64,000 bases of DNA from Geopsychrobacteraceae bacterium (GTDB lineage: Bacteria > Desulfobacterota > Desulfuromonadia > Desulfuromonadales > Geopsychrobacteraceae): assembly GCA_963676795.2 (NCBI GenBank), contig CAXXTB010000002.1:2208001-2272000 (forward strand), in the 5' to 3' direction. Below are positions 40,114 through 50,580 of the stretch, one piece after another. Positions within the stretch are counted from its first letter, which is position 1. The number at the start of each line of letters is the position of its first letter. A program made the position numbers and the translations under genes. The notes under the pieces were generated by a model, which was given only the letters and a program-made list of their open reading frames with translations, had not been told where the DNA came from and ran no database searches.

Positions 40114-41046
40114 TTAAACAAACAATGAGCTGACAGATTCTGCGTTATGAATCCGGCGGATCGCTTCGGCCAGCAGGTTGCTGACTGTCAAGCTCTGCAG
40201 ACGATCGCATGCAGAGACTTTATCTTCTACAGGAATCGTATCTGTGACATAAACTTTACGGAGTGGACTTGCGGAAATCCGCTCCAGAGCAGGACCGGAA
40301 AGAACCCCGTGGGTCGCACATGCATAGACATCAACGGCGCCCTGTTCCATAAGTGCTGAAGCAGCAGTACACAGGGTTCCGGCGGTATCGATCATATCGT
40401 CAATGATGACACAGGTCTTATCCTTAACATCCCCGATGATATGCATAACCTCAGAGACGTTAGGACCACTGCGCCGCTTATCAATGATGGCCAACCCCGA
40501 ATCAAGGCGCTTGGCGAAAGCACGTGCGCGCTCGGTACCACCGGCATCCGGAGACACCACGACGATATCCTTAAGACTCTGACGCCGGATCTCTTCAAGC
40601 ATAACCGGTGCTGCGTAGAGATGATCAACCGGAATATCAAAGAATCCCTGAATCTGGCCAGCATGGAGATCCATGGTCAGCAGACGGTCAATACCGGCAA
40701 CCGACATCAGGTCTGCAACCAGCTTGGCGGTGATAGGCGCACGAGGGGCAACCTTGCGATCCTGACGGGCATAACCGAAATAAGGAACAACCGCGTTGAT
40801 CCGACCGGCTGAGGCACGCTTGAGAGCATCAACCATAACCAGCAGCTCCATCAGGTTATTGTTGGCCGGGGAACAGGTTGACTGAATCAGGTAAACGTCG
40901 CGGCCACGAACATTTTCCCCCAATTCAACCATCACTTCACCATCAGAAAAAGTTCTTACTTTGGCGCTTCCCAGTGGAACGGACAGGTTCTGACAAATGG
41001 CACGGGCCAGCTGTTCGTTCGAATTCCCTGCAAAAATTTTGATCAT
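40114..41046 (-). CDS. prs: Ribose-phosphate pyrophosphokinase
   Basis: [34 protein letters not shown] and DDMIDTAGT motifs. Start could lie up to 41073. Confidence 0.96.
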   Translation of the reverse strand: MIKIFAGNSNEQLARAICQNLSVPLGSAKVRTFSDGEVMVELGENVRGRDVYLIQSTCSPANNNLMELLVMVDALKRASAGRINAVVPYFGYARQDRKVAPRAPITAKLVADLMSVAGIDRLLTMDLHAGQIQGFFDIPVDHLYAAPVMLEEIRRQSLKDIVVVSPDAGGTERARAFAKRLDSGLAIIDKRRSGPNVSEVMHIIGDVKDKTCVIIDDMIDTAGTLCTAASALMEQGAVDVYACATHGVLSGPALERISASPLRKVYVTDTIPVEDKVSACDRLQSLTVSNLLAEAIRRIHNAESVSSLFV

Positions 41047-41100
41047 TCCCACGTGTTTGTTCACCTTTAACATCCGCTGAAAATATATTTACATAAGAGA

Positions 41101-41247
41101 TAGCTGGGGCGCCAGAATTCACCCACTTCGTCGTCAACCTCCTGTTGACTCCTGCGTAGGCTCCCCTTCACTCGCTGACGCGGACATCCTGTCCACTTTT
41201 CTGACATCAAGTCAGCGCTCGCTGCGCTTCGAATCCTGGAGGCAGCG
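41101..41247 (-). repeat. tRNA-linked structured element carrying a direct copy and an inverted copy of the tRNA-Gln 3' end
   Basis: 41101-41120 TAGCTGGGGCGCCAGAATTC matches 41265-41284 at 18/20. 41228-41239 TTCGAATCCTGG is the perfect reverse complement of 41276-41287. Confidence 0.7.
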
Positions 41248-41264
41248 TATTCTACAAATTTACA

Positions 41265-41339
41265 TGGCTGGGGCGCCAGGATTCGAACCTGGGAATGCCG
41301 GAATCAAAATCCGGTGCCTTACCGCTTGGCGACGCCCCA
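41265..41339 (-). tRNA. tRNA-Gln(UUG)
   Basis: Minus strand TGGGGCGTCGCCAAGCGGTAAGGCACCGGATTTTGATTCCGGCATTCCCAGGTTCGAATCCTGGCGCCCCAGCCA: cloverleaf, TTG anticodon, encoded CCA. Confidence 0.97.
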
Positions 41340-41411
41340 TCAAGTCTGATTTATAAAATATTTGAACAAAACACAAATACCGGCTAAACCGGCGGTCATC
41401 AACACAGCCGA

Positions 41412-42266
41412 CTAGTCAAGTGGTCTGGCTGCATAGGCAAACCAGCCTTTGGTTTCTGCAATTTTACAGCCGACCTGAAAAGCACTTTCATAGTCGGAAA
41501 ACAAGCCAAATACCGTCGCGCCACTGCCGGACATCAGGCTCCCGAGAGCCCCGAATTCCAGCAACTGCTGCTTAATTTCTGCAATAACCGGAAATCTGGC
41601 AATAACCACGGGCTCCAGGTCATTGTGGAGCGAAGCACAAAGCTCCGCCCTTGTCTTCGCTGAAAACCTCGGAAGGTTAGCCAGTTCAACCCCTTTTGTC
41701 AACCGTAAACTTCGGTAGACATCCGCGGTAGAAACAGCGATCCCAGGATTCACGATTAAGCAGCTAAAGTCCTGACCAATCGTCATTTTTTCCAGATCGG
41801 TGCCCGTTCCCGTTGCCCACGCCGGCCGTTGGTAGACAAAAAAGGGAACATCAGAACCAAGTTGCGCCCCGAGCCGACAGAGCTCAGCTTTATTATAACC
41901 GAGGCGGAGCAGTTCATTGAGCCCCATAAGAACTGTCGCAGCATTTGAAGAGCCGCCACCGAGGCCTGCGGCGACAAGAATCCGCTTATCAATCCGGATC
42001 TCGACACCAATATCAAGCCCAGCCTCTGCCAACAATAACTCTGCAGCAGAACTGGCGATATTCTTTTCCTCCGCTCTCAGCCCAGGCGCATCACAGACAG
42101 TTACGACCCCACGCGTGGAATCATCGACTGCGATCATAACCTCGTCACACAGATCGATGCGCTGCATCGCCATTGCAAGCCGATGGTAGCCGCTGGCATA
42201 GCGCCCGAGGACATAGAGACAGAGATTGATTTTAGCCGGCGACAGAAATATTTTTTCAGTCTTCAT
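41412..42266 (-). CDS. ispE: 4-diphosphocytidyl-2-C-methyl-D-erythritol kinase
   Basis: PAKINL, AAGLGGGSSNAA, LGSDVPFF and MSGSG motifs. Start approximate. Confidence 0.94.
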   Translation of the reverse strand: MKTEKIFLSPAKINLCLYVLGRYASGYHRLAMAMQRIDLCDEVMIAVDDSTRGVVTVCDAPGLRAEEKNIASSAAELLLAEAGLDIGVEIRIDKRILVAAGLGGGSSNAATVLMGLNELLRLGYNKAELCRLGAQLGSDVPFFVYQRPAWATGTGTDLEKMTIGQDFSCLIVNPGIAVSTADVYRSLRLTKGVELANLPRFSAKTRAELCASLHNDLEPVVIARFPVIAEIKQQLLEFGALGSLMSGSGATVFGLFSDYESAFQVGCKIAETKGWFAYAARPLD

Positions 42267-42314
42267 CACCACACGCATGCAAAAGAACCAGAAGAACACG
42301 AGCCAATGCTGTCG

Positions 42315-42342
42315 ATTATACCTCAACACACAGCCGACTCAA
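42315..42342 (-). promoter_or_regulatory. Sigma-70 promoter of ispE operon
   Basis: TTGAGT-N16-TATAAT on the minus strand. Confidence 0.6.
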
Positions 42343-42465
42343 CAAAACAATCGAGCCGGAAGATCACCCATAGCGTCTCAACCGGACCGGCTGATGTTCA
42401 GTTCGCTTGCCGGCTGAATCACCCGCCACCGAAACGCCTATAAAAAGGTCCTTGATCTTTCTGCA

Positions 42466-42497
42466 CAAAAAGAAAAAGGGACCACACATGTGGTCCC
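42466..42497 (-). terminator. Intrinsic terminator downstream of ftsZ
   Basis: GGGACCACA-TG-TGTGGTCCC followed by TTTTTCTTTTT on the minus strand. Confidence 0.8.
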
Positions 42498-42641
42498 GTG
42501 ACGAGGGAGTCGTCGGGAGTACATAACAATATACAGAAAGCTGTACATCTGCCGGGCGGAGAACCGGCGACATCACATCCAAACGGTTCTCAAAACCGAT
42601 ACAGCATAAACAGCATAAACATTTCTTAGGTTCAATTTCGC

Positions 42642-43832
42642 TCAGTCAACCTGACGACGCAGGAATGTCGGGATATCGAACTGCTCATCGTCAACAAAGA
42701 GGTCACGGGTTTGACTTGGCAGATCGCGGGATCTCCTGCCAAAGCTTCCCGCACTCTGCTGATTACGAACGATGGTCGGCACGTCAAGATCGACCTTGGC
42801 ACTCGCCTGAGCCATCATCTGAGTGCGCTGCTTCTCGATGTCAGCGACAGTTTTTTCTTCCTTCTTGATTTCAAAGTTATCACCGAATCCGGTCGCAATC
42901 GCAGTGATCTTGATCAGATCACCAAGGCTTTCGTCGATAACCAGTCCAACGATGATATTCGCGTTTTCATGAACTTTTTCGTGAATAATAGTGGAGGCTT
43001 CCTCGAACTCTTCCATGGTCATACTGGAAGAACCGGAGATATTAACCAGCACACCCATTGCTCCGGAGATATCGATCTCTTCGAGCAGCGGACTGCTGAT
43101 CGCACTGTGTGCGGCCTCGGATGCTCTGCGCTCGCCTTCTGCGACTCCGATCCCCATCATCGCCATACCACGGTTACTCATGACAGTACGCACATCGGCA
43201 AAGTCGACGTTGATCAGACCTTCTGTGGTGATCAGATCGGAGATCCCCTGAACGGCCTGGCGCAGCACATCGTCGGCCGGCTTGAAGGCATCGAGGATAC
43301 TCATGTTTTTACCGGCAAGACCAAGCAGACGATCATTCGGAACAACGACCAGCGAATCGACAACCTCGCGCAGGGCAGCAATCCCCTCATCGGCGCGGAC
43401 CATCCGCTGACGACCTTCACGGGTGAAGGGTTTGGTGACAACACCGACAGTCAATGCGCCGGCCTCTTTTGCCGCTGCCGCGATAATCGGTGCAGCACCG
43501 GTTCCGGTGCCGCCGCCCATACCAGCTGCGACGAAGACCATATCCGCCCCTTCAAACAGCTCAACCAGGCGCGCCTTATCCTCTTCTGCAGCCTGACGAC
43601 CCACTTCAGGGTTTGCCCCGGCACCAAGACCTTTTGTCAGCCCGGTCCCGAGCTGGATCTTCATTGCAGCTTCACTGCGTCTCAGAGCCTGAGCATCGGT
43701 ATTAGCGGCCAGAAACTCTACACCATTGACATGATTACGAATCATGGTATTGACGGCATTACCACCACCGCCACCGACGCCGATAACCTTGATCTTCGCC
43801 GCTTGATCCAATGATTCCTCAAACTGGAACAT
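42642..43832 (-). CDS. ftsZ: Cell division protein FtsZ
   Basis: [27 protein letters not shown]-terminal [19 protein letters not shown] before ATG 43832. Confidence 0.98.
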   Translation of the reverse strand: MFQFEESLDQAAKIKVIGVGGGGGNAVNTMIRNHVNGVEFLAANTDAQALRRSEAAMKIQLGTGLTKGLGAGANPEVGRQAAEEDKARLVELFEGADMVFVAAGMGGGTGTGAAPIIAAAAKEAGALTVGVVTKPFTREGRQRMVRADEGIAALREVVDSLVVVPNDRLLGLAGKNMSILDAFKPADDVLRQAVQGISDLITTEGLINVDFADVRTVMSNRGMAMMGIGVAEGERRASEAAHSAISSPLLEEIDISGAMGVLVNISGSSSMTMEEFEEASTIIHEKVHENANIIVGLVIDESLGDLIKITAIATGFGDNFEIKKEEKTVADIEKQRTQMMAQASAKVDLDVPTIVRNQQSAGSFGRRSRDLPSQTRDLFVDDEQFDIPTFLRRQVD

Positions 43833-43925
43833 GACTCCCTCTTGATTAGGCATAGTGCCCTCCCCTTTTATGTTACGCATGAGCTATCTCCACATAACTC
43901 ATGCTCGTTTACACTAATTTTAACT

Positions 43926-43954
43926 AATTTACCAAAACTCTATATTTTTGACAA
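43926..43954 (-). promoter_or_regulatory. Internal sigma-70 promoter for ftsZ
   Basis: TTGTCA-N17-TAAATT with extended TG and an AT-rich upstream tract. Confidence 0.55.
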
Positions 43955-43976
43955 TAAATTATATAATAATTATCTA

Positions 43977-45206
43977 TTAAAAAAATTCGCCAAACCAGTC
44001 TTTCATGCGCTTTGTGATACGGTCGAACATGTTCGATTCACCAATCTTGAAATTCTGCACTTTCACATTGGCGCTTCCGTATTTGACGAGGCCGACACCT
44101 GTTGCGTAAACAGGTGAATTCACGACATCAACCAGGCCACCGATCCCCTGTGGCACACCGCGCCGCACCGGCAGGTTGAAGACCTGCTCTGCAAGCTCCG
44201 GCATCCCGGGAAGAATCGAACTGCCACCGGTCAGAACGATGCCAGATGCGATCATGCCGTCATAACCACTCTTGATAATTTCCCGGTTGATCAACGAGAA
44301 AATTTCTTCGACGCGCGGCTCAAGGATTTCAGCAAGCAGCTGACGGGAAAGAATCCGCGGCTCTCTGCCGCCGACCGAGGGAACCTCGATCGTTTCGTCC
44401 TTGCCCACCATCGAGGTCAGGCAGCAGCCGTAGGCCTGTTTGATCTTTTCTGCTTCAGCCATAGGGGTTCTCAAGCCGACAGCGATATCGTTGGTCAGGT
44501 GATCGCCACCGAGAGAGAGGACCGAGGTATGCTTGATCGCCCCTTCCGAAAAGATCGCCAGATCCGAGGTTCCGCCGCCGATATCGACAATGGCAACCCC
44601 CAACTCTTTTTCATCAGCAGACAGGACCGCTTCGCTGCTGGCCAACTGCTCAAGTACGATATCGGCAACATCGGCCCCGGCACGGTTACAGCTTTTGACT
44701 ATATTCTGGGCACTGGCCACGGCACCTGTAACAATGTGGACCTTGGCCTCGAGGCGTACCCCACTCATGCCGAGCGGTTCACGGATACCATCCTGATCAT
44801 CGATAATGAATTCCTGCGGCAGGATATGCAGCACTTCGCGATCCATCGGAATGGCGATCGCCTTGGCGGCATCAATCACCCTTTGCAGGTCCTCATCTGT
44901 AACTTCACGATTCTTGATGGCAATAACCCCTTGCGAATTCAGCCCCTTGATATGCCCCCCCGCGATGCCAGCAAAAACCGATTTGATTTCGCAGCCAGCC
45001 ATCAGTTCGGCTTCACGAATCGCTTTCTGAATCGCCGTAACGGTACTTTCGATGTTGATCACAACACCCTTCCTCAGCCCCTTTGACGGACTGGTACCAA
45101 TGCCGACAATCTCCAGACCTTCTTCGGTCATATGTCCGACGATGCAACAGATTTTGGTTGTCCCGATGTCGAGACCAACAATCAGATTATCTACTTTCCT
45201 GCTCAT
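43977..45206 (-). CDS. ftsA: Cell division protein FtsA
   Basis: GLDIGTTK, VDIGGGT, GIVLTGG, C-terminal amphipathic MKDWFGEFF. Confidence 0.97.
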   Translation of the reverse strand: MSRKVDNLIVGLDIGTTKICCIVGHMTEEGLEIVGIGTSPSKGLRKGVVINIESTVTAIQKAIREAELMAGCEIKSVFAGIAGGHIKGLNSQGVIAIKNREVTDEDLQRVIDAAKAIAIPMDREVLHILPQEFIIDDQDGIREPLGMSGVRLEAKVHIVTGAVASAQNIVKSCNRAGADVADIVLEQLASSEAVLSADEKELGVAIVDIGGGTSDLAIFSEGAIKHTSVLSLGGDHLTNDIAVGLRTPMAEAEKIKQAYGCCLTSMVGKDETIEVPSVGGREPRILSRQLLAEILEPRVEEIFSLINREIIKSGYDGMIASGIVLTGGSSILPGMPELAEQVFNLPVRRGVPQGIGGLVDVVNSPVYATGVGLVKYGSANVKVQNFKIGESNMFDRITKRMKDWFGEFF

Positions 45207-45221
45207 GAGACCCCCTTGGTA

Positions 45222-46070
45222 TCAGCTTCTCGCCGCTGCTCGCGGCCGCTCGATACGCACAATAATTTTTTCGTTAACATTCAGATCTATATAATCAAGC
45301 ACTTTGAACTGCGGTTTCAGTTGTACATAGATTTTCTCGAGACGATCCAGCTTGTCACTGAACTGACCACGCCCGAGCCTGATCTCTACGGCATTTTCCA
45401 GGGTGAAAAGCGTCAGATTTCCATTTTCTTCATGATGAATTTCCGAGATCTGTTTCAGTCCCAATCTGTCCCGTTGACCAAGATTGTCGATCAGGGCAAC
45501 GATCTGTTTCAGGCAAACGGCATACTCGGGGTCATGCCCCTGGGCACGCTCATACTCAAAACCCGTAATCATCGGATAATCGAGTTCATCGTTGGCATCA
45601 AGAACCTTGAACACTTCGCCCTGATCATCCAGATAATAGAGCAGGCCAAGATTGATAATTGCGACCGGCTGCCGCTCTTCCAGCTCTATCGCGACCTGCC
45701 GCGGAAAGATCCGGCTCACCCGGGCCTGACGGATCCAGGGATTCGCCTCAAGCTGTTCACCGATCAGGGCAAGATCAAGATTGAATGTATTGACCCCGAA
45801 CTGAATATCTGACAGAGCGACAACCTGACGCTCCCCCAGATGCTGCCCGCCCTGAACGCTGATCCTGTCGACCCTGAACAGATCAGAGGACATCACCAGC
45901 TGAAAGAGAAAGAAACCGCCGACGCTGACCAGGACAAAACTGCCCGCAAACAGGCTGATACGAAAGCTACGATGGAGCAGTTTGCGCCAGTTGACCGCCT
46001 TTTTTTCACGCTTGCGCCGGTTGTTGCGTACCTTATTGGCTTTCGCGCTTTTCGCTTTCAGATCACGCAT
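45222..46070 (-). CDS. ftsQ: Cell division protein FtsQ/DivIB
   Basis: Basic N-tail, single TM, POTRA (NPWIRQARVSRIFP), YIDL; position between ddl and ftsA. Confidence 0.9.
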   Translation of the reverse strand: MRDLKAKSAKANKVRNNRRKREKKAVNWRKLLHRSFRISLFAGSFVLVSVGGFFLFQLVMSSDLFRVDRISVQGGQHLGERQVVALSDIQFGVNTFNLDLALIGEQLEANPWIRQARVSRIFPRQVAIELEERQPVAIINLGLLYYLDDQGEVFKVLDANDELDYPMITGFEYERAQGHDPEYAVCLKQIVALIDNLGQRDRLGLKQISEIHHEENGNLTLFTLENAVEIRLGRGQFSDKLDRLEKIYVQLKPQFKVLDYIDLNVNEKIIVRIERPRAAARS

Positions 46071-46077
46071 AACACCC

Positions 46078-47010
46078 CTATTTGTCAAGATCGGCGTCGA
46101 GCAGAATCATCTCTGCCAACTCTGCGAAACTGATTCCGGCCTGTGCTGCAGCCTTCGGCAACAGGCTTGTCGCAGTCATCCCGGGAATCGTGTTGACTTC
46201 AATACAGTAGAAATCTTCGCCACTTAGCATGAAATCGACCCGGGCAGCCCCGCGACAGCCCAGAGATTTGCAGGCCTTTTCTGCAGCTTCCTGCACCCTT
46301 GCATACACTGCAGCGGGTACCGGCGCAGGCAGCAGATACTCGGTATCGCCGCTTAAGTACTTGGCCTGGTAGTCATAAAAGCCGCTTTTCGGTACGATCT
46401 GAATGACCGGCAGAGCCCGGCCGTTCAGAACCGAGACAGTCAGTTCGACACCGTCGATGAACTCTTCAACCAGAACCGTCCCATCGAGCAGCTCCGCCGC
46501 CCTGATCCCCTTAAACAGCGCATTTTTGTCCCTGGCGATACTGATGCCGATCGTCGAGCCTTCGCGCGACGGCTTGACAATCAACGGCAGCTTTTGACAA
46601 CGCTGATAGAGATCATCGAGAGAATCGCCCGGGCGCTTGAAATCGAAAGCCGGGGTCGGCAACTGATGATAGAGCAGTAACTGCTTGGTCACGACCTTGT
46701 CGATGGCGACGCTCGACGCCAGAACCCCGCTGCCCGTGTATGGGATCTGAAGCATCTCCAGCAGCCCCTGCACCCTGCCGTCCTCGCCGTAACGGCCGTG
46801 CAGCGCCACGAAGGCAACTTCGATTTTTGCTAAGCTCAGCTGTTCCGGCAGGTTATCAGCGACATCGATAGCGCTAACCTCATAGCCACGTTCCAGCAGT
46901 GCCGCAACGACCGCCTGTCCGGTCTTCAGGGAGATCTCACGTTCAGCGGACTTGCCGCCGAGCAGGACGCCGATCCGTTTATTCAGCATGTCTGAACGAG
47001 ACCAGCTCAT
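46078..47010 (-). CDS. ddl: D-alanine--D-alanine ligase
   Basis: GGKSAEREISL, LHGRYGEDG, FYDYQAKY and EVNTIPGMT motifs. Confidence 0.96.
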   Translation of the reverse strand: MSWSRSDMLNKRIGVLLGGKSAEREISLKTGQAVVAALLERGYEVSAIDVADNLPEQLSLAKIEVAFVALHGRYGEDGRVQGLLEMLQIPYTGSGVLASSVAIDKVVTKQLLLYHQLPTPAFDFKRPGDSLDDLYQRCQKLPLIVKPSREGSTIGISIARDKNALFKGIRAAELLDGTVLVEEFIDGVELTVSVLNGRALPVIQIVPKSGFYDYQAKYLSGDTEYLLPAPVPAAVYARVQEAAEKACKSLGCRGAARVDFMLSGEDFYCIEVNTIPGMTATSLLPKAAAQAGISFAELAEMILLDADLDK

Positions 47011-48395
47011 CAGCCAACCTGCCCTTTCTCAGTGAGTCTGTCGGCAACCAGTTGACAGACCTGATTGACATTTCCAGCGCCCAGGGTCACGACCATATCG
47101 TTAGCCTCGACCATCTGCGCGACCCGGTCTGCGGCCTCTTCGAGTGAATCACAATAGCTGACACTCTTGTGTCCGTGCTCATTGATCCCCCTGGCCAAAG
47201 CTTCGCCTGTCGCGCCCTCGATGGCATCTTCGCCGGCCGCGTAAACAGGGGTTACAATCAGGTGATCGGCATCGTAAAAGGCCGTCTGAAACTCAGCAAA
47301 AAGCGATGAAGTTCTGCTGTAGCGGTGCGGTTGAAAGACAGCGATAACCCGTTTGTTCCAGCCGCTCTTCGCCGCGGCGAGGGTTGCCCTGATCTCGGCC
47401 GGATGATGCCCGTAGTCATCGATCAGCATAATCCCGTTGACTTCGCTGCGTAGCTGGAAACGGCGCTGCAAACCGCCAAAGTTGCGGAAGCCGCCGACGA
47501 CAGTCTGGAACGGAATTTCCAGTTCATGGGCAATAGCGATAACGGCCAGCGCGTTAAGAACATTGTGGCGTCCCGGCATACGGAACGAGACCCGCCCCAG
47601 TTCCTCCCCGTTATGATAAGCGGTAAAACTGGTCCGGCCCTGTCGATGCTGTATTTCATCCGCATAAAAATCGGCCTGGCTGCTGAAACCATAGGTGGTG
47701 TAACGCTTCTTGACCTCAGGCAGGATATCCTGAATATTACGATCCTCGAGGCACAGGATGGCCTTGCCGTAGAAAGGAATCTTGTTGATGAAATCGATAA
47801 ACACCTGCTTGATCTGATCGATGCCGGAATAGTAGTCGAGGTGATCCTCATCGATATTGGTCACCACGGCGATAGTCGGCGACAGATGAAGAAAGGAGCC
47901 ATCTGACTCATCGGCTTCGGCAACGATAAACTTGCCGCGACCCAGCTTGGCATTGGAACCGAAGACATCCAGTTTGCCACCGATAACAGCGGTCGGATCG
48001 ATCCCGGCATGATGCAGGACAACCGAAGCCATGCTGGTCGTCGTCGTCTTGCCGTGCGTACCGGCGATGGCGATGCCGTACTTCATGCGCATAAGTTCCG
48101 CCAGCATTTCCGCCCGGGGGATGACCGCGATGTGCTGACGCAGCGCTTCGACGACTTCGGCATTACTGGCCTTGACTGCTGTCGAGGTCACCACGACATC
48201 GACTCCTTCGATATTCTCTGCGGTGTGACCGATTTTTATCTCGCCGCCGAGTTCCGCCAGTCTGCGGGTGGTATCGCTCTCCTTCAGGTCTGACCCTGAA
48301 ACGCGATAGCCCTGATTGAGCAGCACTTCAGCAATACCGCTCATACCGATTCCGCCGATTCCGACAAAATGTATCTTCTTGATCCGTCCGTACAT
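47010..48395 (-). CDS. murC: UDP-N-acetylmuramate--L-alanine ligase
   Basis: [38 protein letters not shown] and FQPHRYSRT motifs. Confidence 0.97.
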   Translation of the reverse strand: MYGRIKKIHFVGIGGIGMSGIAEVLLNQGYRVSGSDLKESDTTRRLAELGGEIKIGHTAENIEGVDVVVTSTAVKASNAEVVEALRQHIAVIPRAEMLAELMRMKYGIAIAGTHGKTTTTSMASVVLHHAGIDPTAVIGGKLDVFGSNAKLGRGKFIVAEADESDGSFLHLSPTIAVVTNIDEDHLDYYSGIDQIKQVFIDFINKIPFYGKAILCLEDRNIQDILPEVKKRYTTYGFSSQADFYADEIQHRQGRTSFTAYHNGEELGRVSFRMPGRHNVLNALAVIAIAHELEIPFQTVVGGFRNFGGLQRRFQLRSEVNGIMLIDDYGHHPAEIRATLAAAKSGWNKRVIAVFQPHRYSRTSSLFAEFQTAFYDADHLIVTPVYAAGEDAIEGATGEALARGINEHGHKSVSYCDSLEEAADRVAQMVEANDMVVTLGAGNVNQVCQLVADRLTEKGQVG

Positions 48396-48406
48396 TCTTC
48401 GGCTCC

Positions 48407-49480
48407 TTATCCTGCCACCAGGGCACGACATTCATCCAGGATGCGTTCCGCTGCCCCCGGTTGCCCCAGTTTTTCACAGTGATTGGCCATAGCCTCAAGC
48501 TCATGGCGGTTGTTCAGCAGATTTCTGATCAGCTTGACCAGATCCTTGCCGTTCAGATTGTCTTGACTGATCATCAGCGCTGCCCCGGCCCTTTCCAGCA
48601 CGCGGGCATTGGCCGTCTGATGGTCAGCAGCCGCGTACGGATAAGGGATCAGAATCGCCGGCCGGCCACAGACGGTCAGTTCGGCGAGGGTCGTTGCCCC
48701 AGACCGGCAGACAACCAGCGCTGCGCTGGCATATGCCTCAGCCATATTGTCAATAAAGGGCACGACCTGTGCGTTTGTCATCCCGGCGTCCTGATAGGCC
48801 TGCCTGGTCCGGGAAAAATCCGCTTCGCCGGTCTGATGGATGATCCCCGGACAGTCGGCCCAGTCCTTCAGATCCGGGAGCATGTCGACCATGACCTGGT
48901 TGATCGCCCTGGCGCCCCGGCTACCACCAAACACCAGTAGCTTTCCGTTGTAAGGCAGGCCGACACCAAGCTGTTCCAGTGCGGGCCGCACCGGATTGCC
49001 GGTCACACAGACCTTTTCAGCAGGAAAGCTCTCCGCGCAGGAGGTAAAGGAAAGGCAGACCCGCGACACCCGCTTGCCGAGAAACCTGTTACCCAGCCCG
49101 GCGATCGCGTTCTGCTCATGAAGCAGTGTCGCAATCTTCAATTTTCTGGCAGCCAGCAGCACCGGCACCGAGGCATAGCCACCGACACCGACGACCAGGT
49201 CCGGCCGGAACTCTCGGATAATCTGTTTCGCTTGACTAATGCTCTTGAGCAGCTTCGGCACCATTTCCAGCCTGCCGCGCCAGCCGCGGCCGACAACGCC
49301 GACCATATCAACGGTCTTGAGCGGCAGGCCAAGCTTGGGCAGCATTTTCGCTTCAAGGCCACGCTCGGTACCGACAAACAGGACCTCTGCCGCAGCATCC
49401 TGCTCCTGCAGTTTCTGAGCGATTGCGATGGCAGGGAACAGATGCCCTCCGGTTCCTCCTCCAGCCAGCAGCATTCTCAT
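48407..49480 (-). CDS. murG: Lipid II GlcNAc transferase MurG
   Basis: [31 protein letters not shown] and HQTANA motifs. Start at ATG 49480. Confidence 0.96.
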   Translation of the reverse strand: MRMLLAGGGTGGHLFPAIAIAQKLQEQDAAAEVLFVGTERGLEAKMLPKLGLPLKTVDMVGVVGRGWRGRLEMVPKLLKSISQAKQIIREFRPDLVVGVGGYASVPVLLAARKLKIATLLHEQNAIAGLGNRFLGKRVSRVCLSFTSCAESFPAEKVCVTGNPVRPALEQLGVGLPYNGKLLVFGGSRGARAINQVMVDMLPDLKDWADCPGIIHQTGEADFSRTRQAYQDAGMTNAQVVPFIDNMAEAYASAALVVCRSGATTLAELTVCGRPAILIPYPYAAADHQTANARVLERAGAALMISQDNLNGKDLVKLIRNLLNNRHELEAMANHCEKLGQPGAAERILDECRALVAG

Positions 49481-50580
49481 TTTTTCACCTCCAGCGAGCT
49501 GGAGATATTCAGCAGAATACCGATCGCAGTGAGGCAGACGATCAGACTGGTACCACCGTAGGAGATGAATGGCAGTGGCAACCCCTTGGTCGGCAGCAGT
49601 CCCATACAGACGCCGATATTGACGAAGGCCTCCAGGCCAAACAGGGCACTGAGGCCAAATGCCAGATTCCGCCCGAAGGCATCCTGACAGCTCAGGGCGA
49701 TGCGGATTCCGCACAGAACCAGCATCAGAAACAACCCGGCGATCAGCAGCACCCCAACCAGCCCCAGCTCCTCACCAATGACCGAAAAAATGAAATCGGT
49801 ATGAGCTTCGGGCAGATAGAACAGTTTCTGTTCGCCGATCCCCAGCCCCTGGCCGAACACCCCCCCCTTGCCGAAGGCAACCAAACTCTGGATAATCTGA
49901 AAGCCGGTGTCGAAGGGATCTTCCCAGGGATTGAGAAATGCCATGATACGACGTTTACGGTAATCGACATTCATGACCAGAAAATAGAGCACCGGCAGCG
50001 ACATCAGGATTGTCGGAGCGATATAGACCCAGCGGACTCCCGCCACGATCAGCATCGACATGGAGACCCCGGCAATGATCATGGCGCTGCCGAGATCCGG
50101 CTGTTTGAGCAGCATGCCGAGCAGCACGGCCAGAACGATCATGTACGGCAGGTAGCCCTTGGTCAGGGAGCGGACCTTCTCCTTTTTGCGGGTCAGCGAA
50201 TGGGCCAGATAGAGCACCATCGCCAGTTTTACCAGCTCCGCCGGCTGCAGGGTAAAGCCCGGGGTTCTCAGCCAGCGCATGGCACCGCCGACCCGGATCC
50301 CCAGCCCCGGCACAAAGAGCAGCGCCAGCAGCACAATGCTCACACCGAGACTCAAAAAGGCCAGCTTGCGCCAGTTCTGATAATTGAAGTAGGTCGCAAC
50401 GGCCATACAGACAAAGCCGAGCGCCGTATAGGTGACCTGACGCTTGAGAAAATAGAAGCCATCATGAAAGCGGTCAGCAGCCATGATTGCCGATGATGAA
50501 TAGACCATGACCATACCGATAAAGGTCAGGGAAACGGTCAGCAGCAGCACCGTGGTATCGACATTGCGGCGCAGGATCAT
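49477..50580 (-). CDS. ftsW: SEDS peptidoglycan polymerase FtsW
   Basis: VYSSS, QPAELVK, QPDLG, LPEAHTDFIF and PFISYGGTS motifs. Confidence 0.96.
   Translation of the reverse strand: MILRRNVDTTVLLLTVSLTFIGMVMVYSSSAIMAADRFHDGFYFLKRQVTYTALGFVCMAVATYFNYQNWRKLAFLSLGVSIVLLALLFVPGLGIRVGGAMRWLRTPGFTLQPAELVKLAMVLYLAHSLTRKKEKVRSLTKGYLPYMIVLAVLLGMLLKQPDLGSAMIIAGVSMSMLIVAGVRWVYIAPTILMSLPVLYFLVMNVDYRKRRIMAFLNPWEDPFDTGFQIIQSLVAFGKGGVFGQGLGIGEQKLFYLPEAHTDFIFSVIGEELGLVGVLLIAGLFLMLVLCGIRIALSCQDAFGRNLAFGLSALFGLEAFVNIGVCMGLLPTKGLPLPFISYGGTSLIVCLTAIGILLNISSSLEVKK

Noticed and set aside
41101..41339. Prophage or genomic island integrated at tRNA-Gln
   Set aside because: The direct repeats enclose only about 145 nt and no integrase is in the window. 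Kept only as a small tRNA-linked element.
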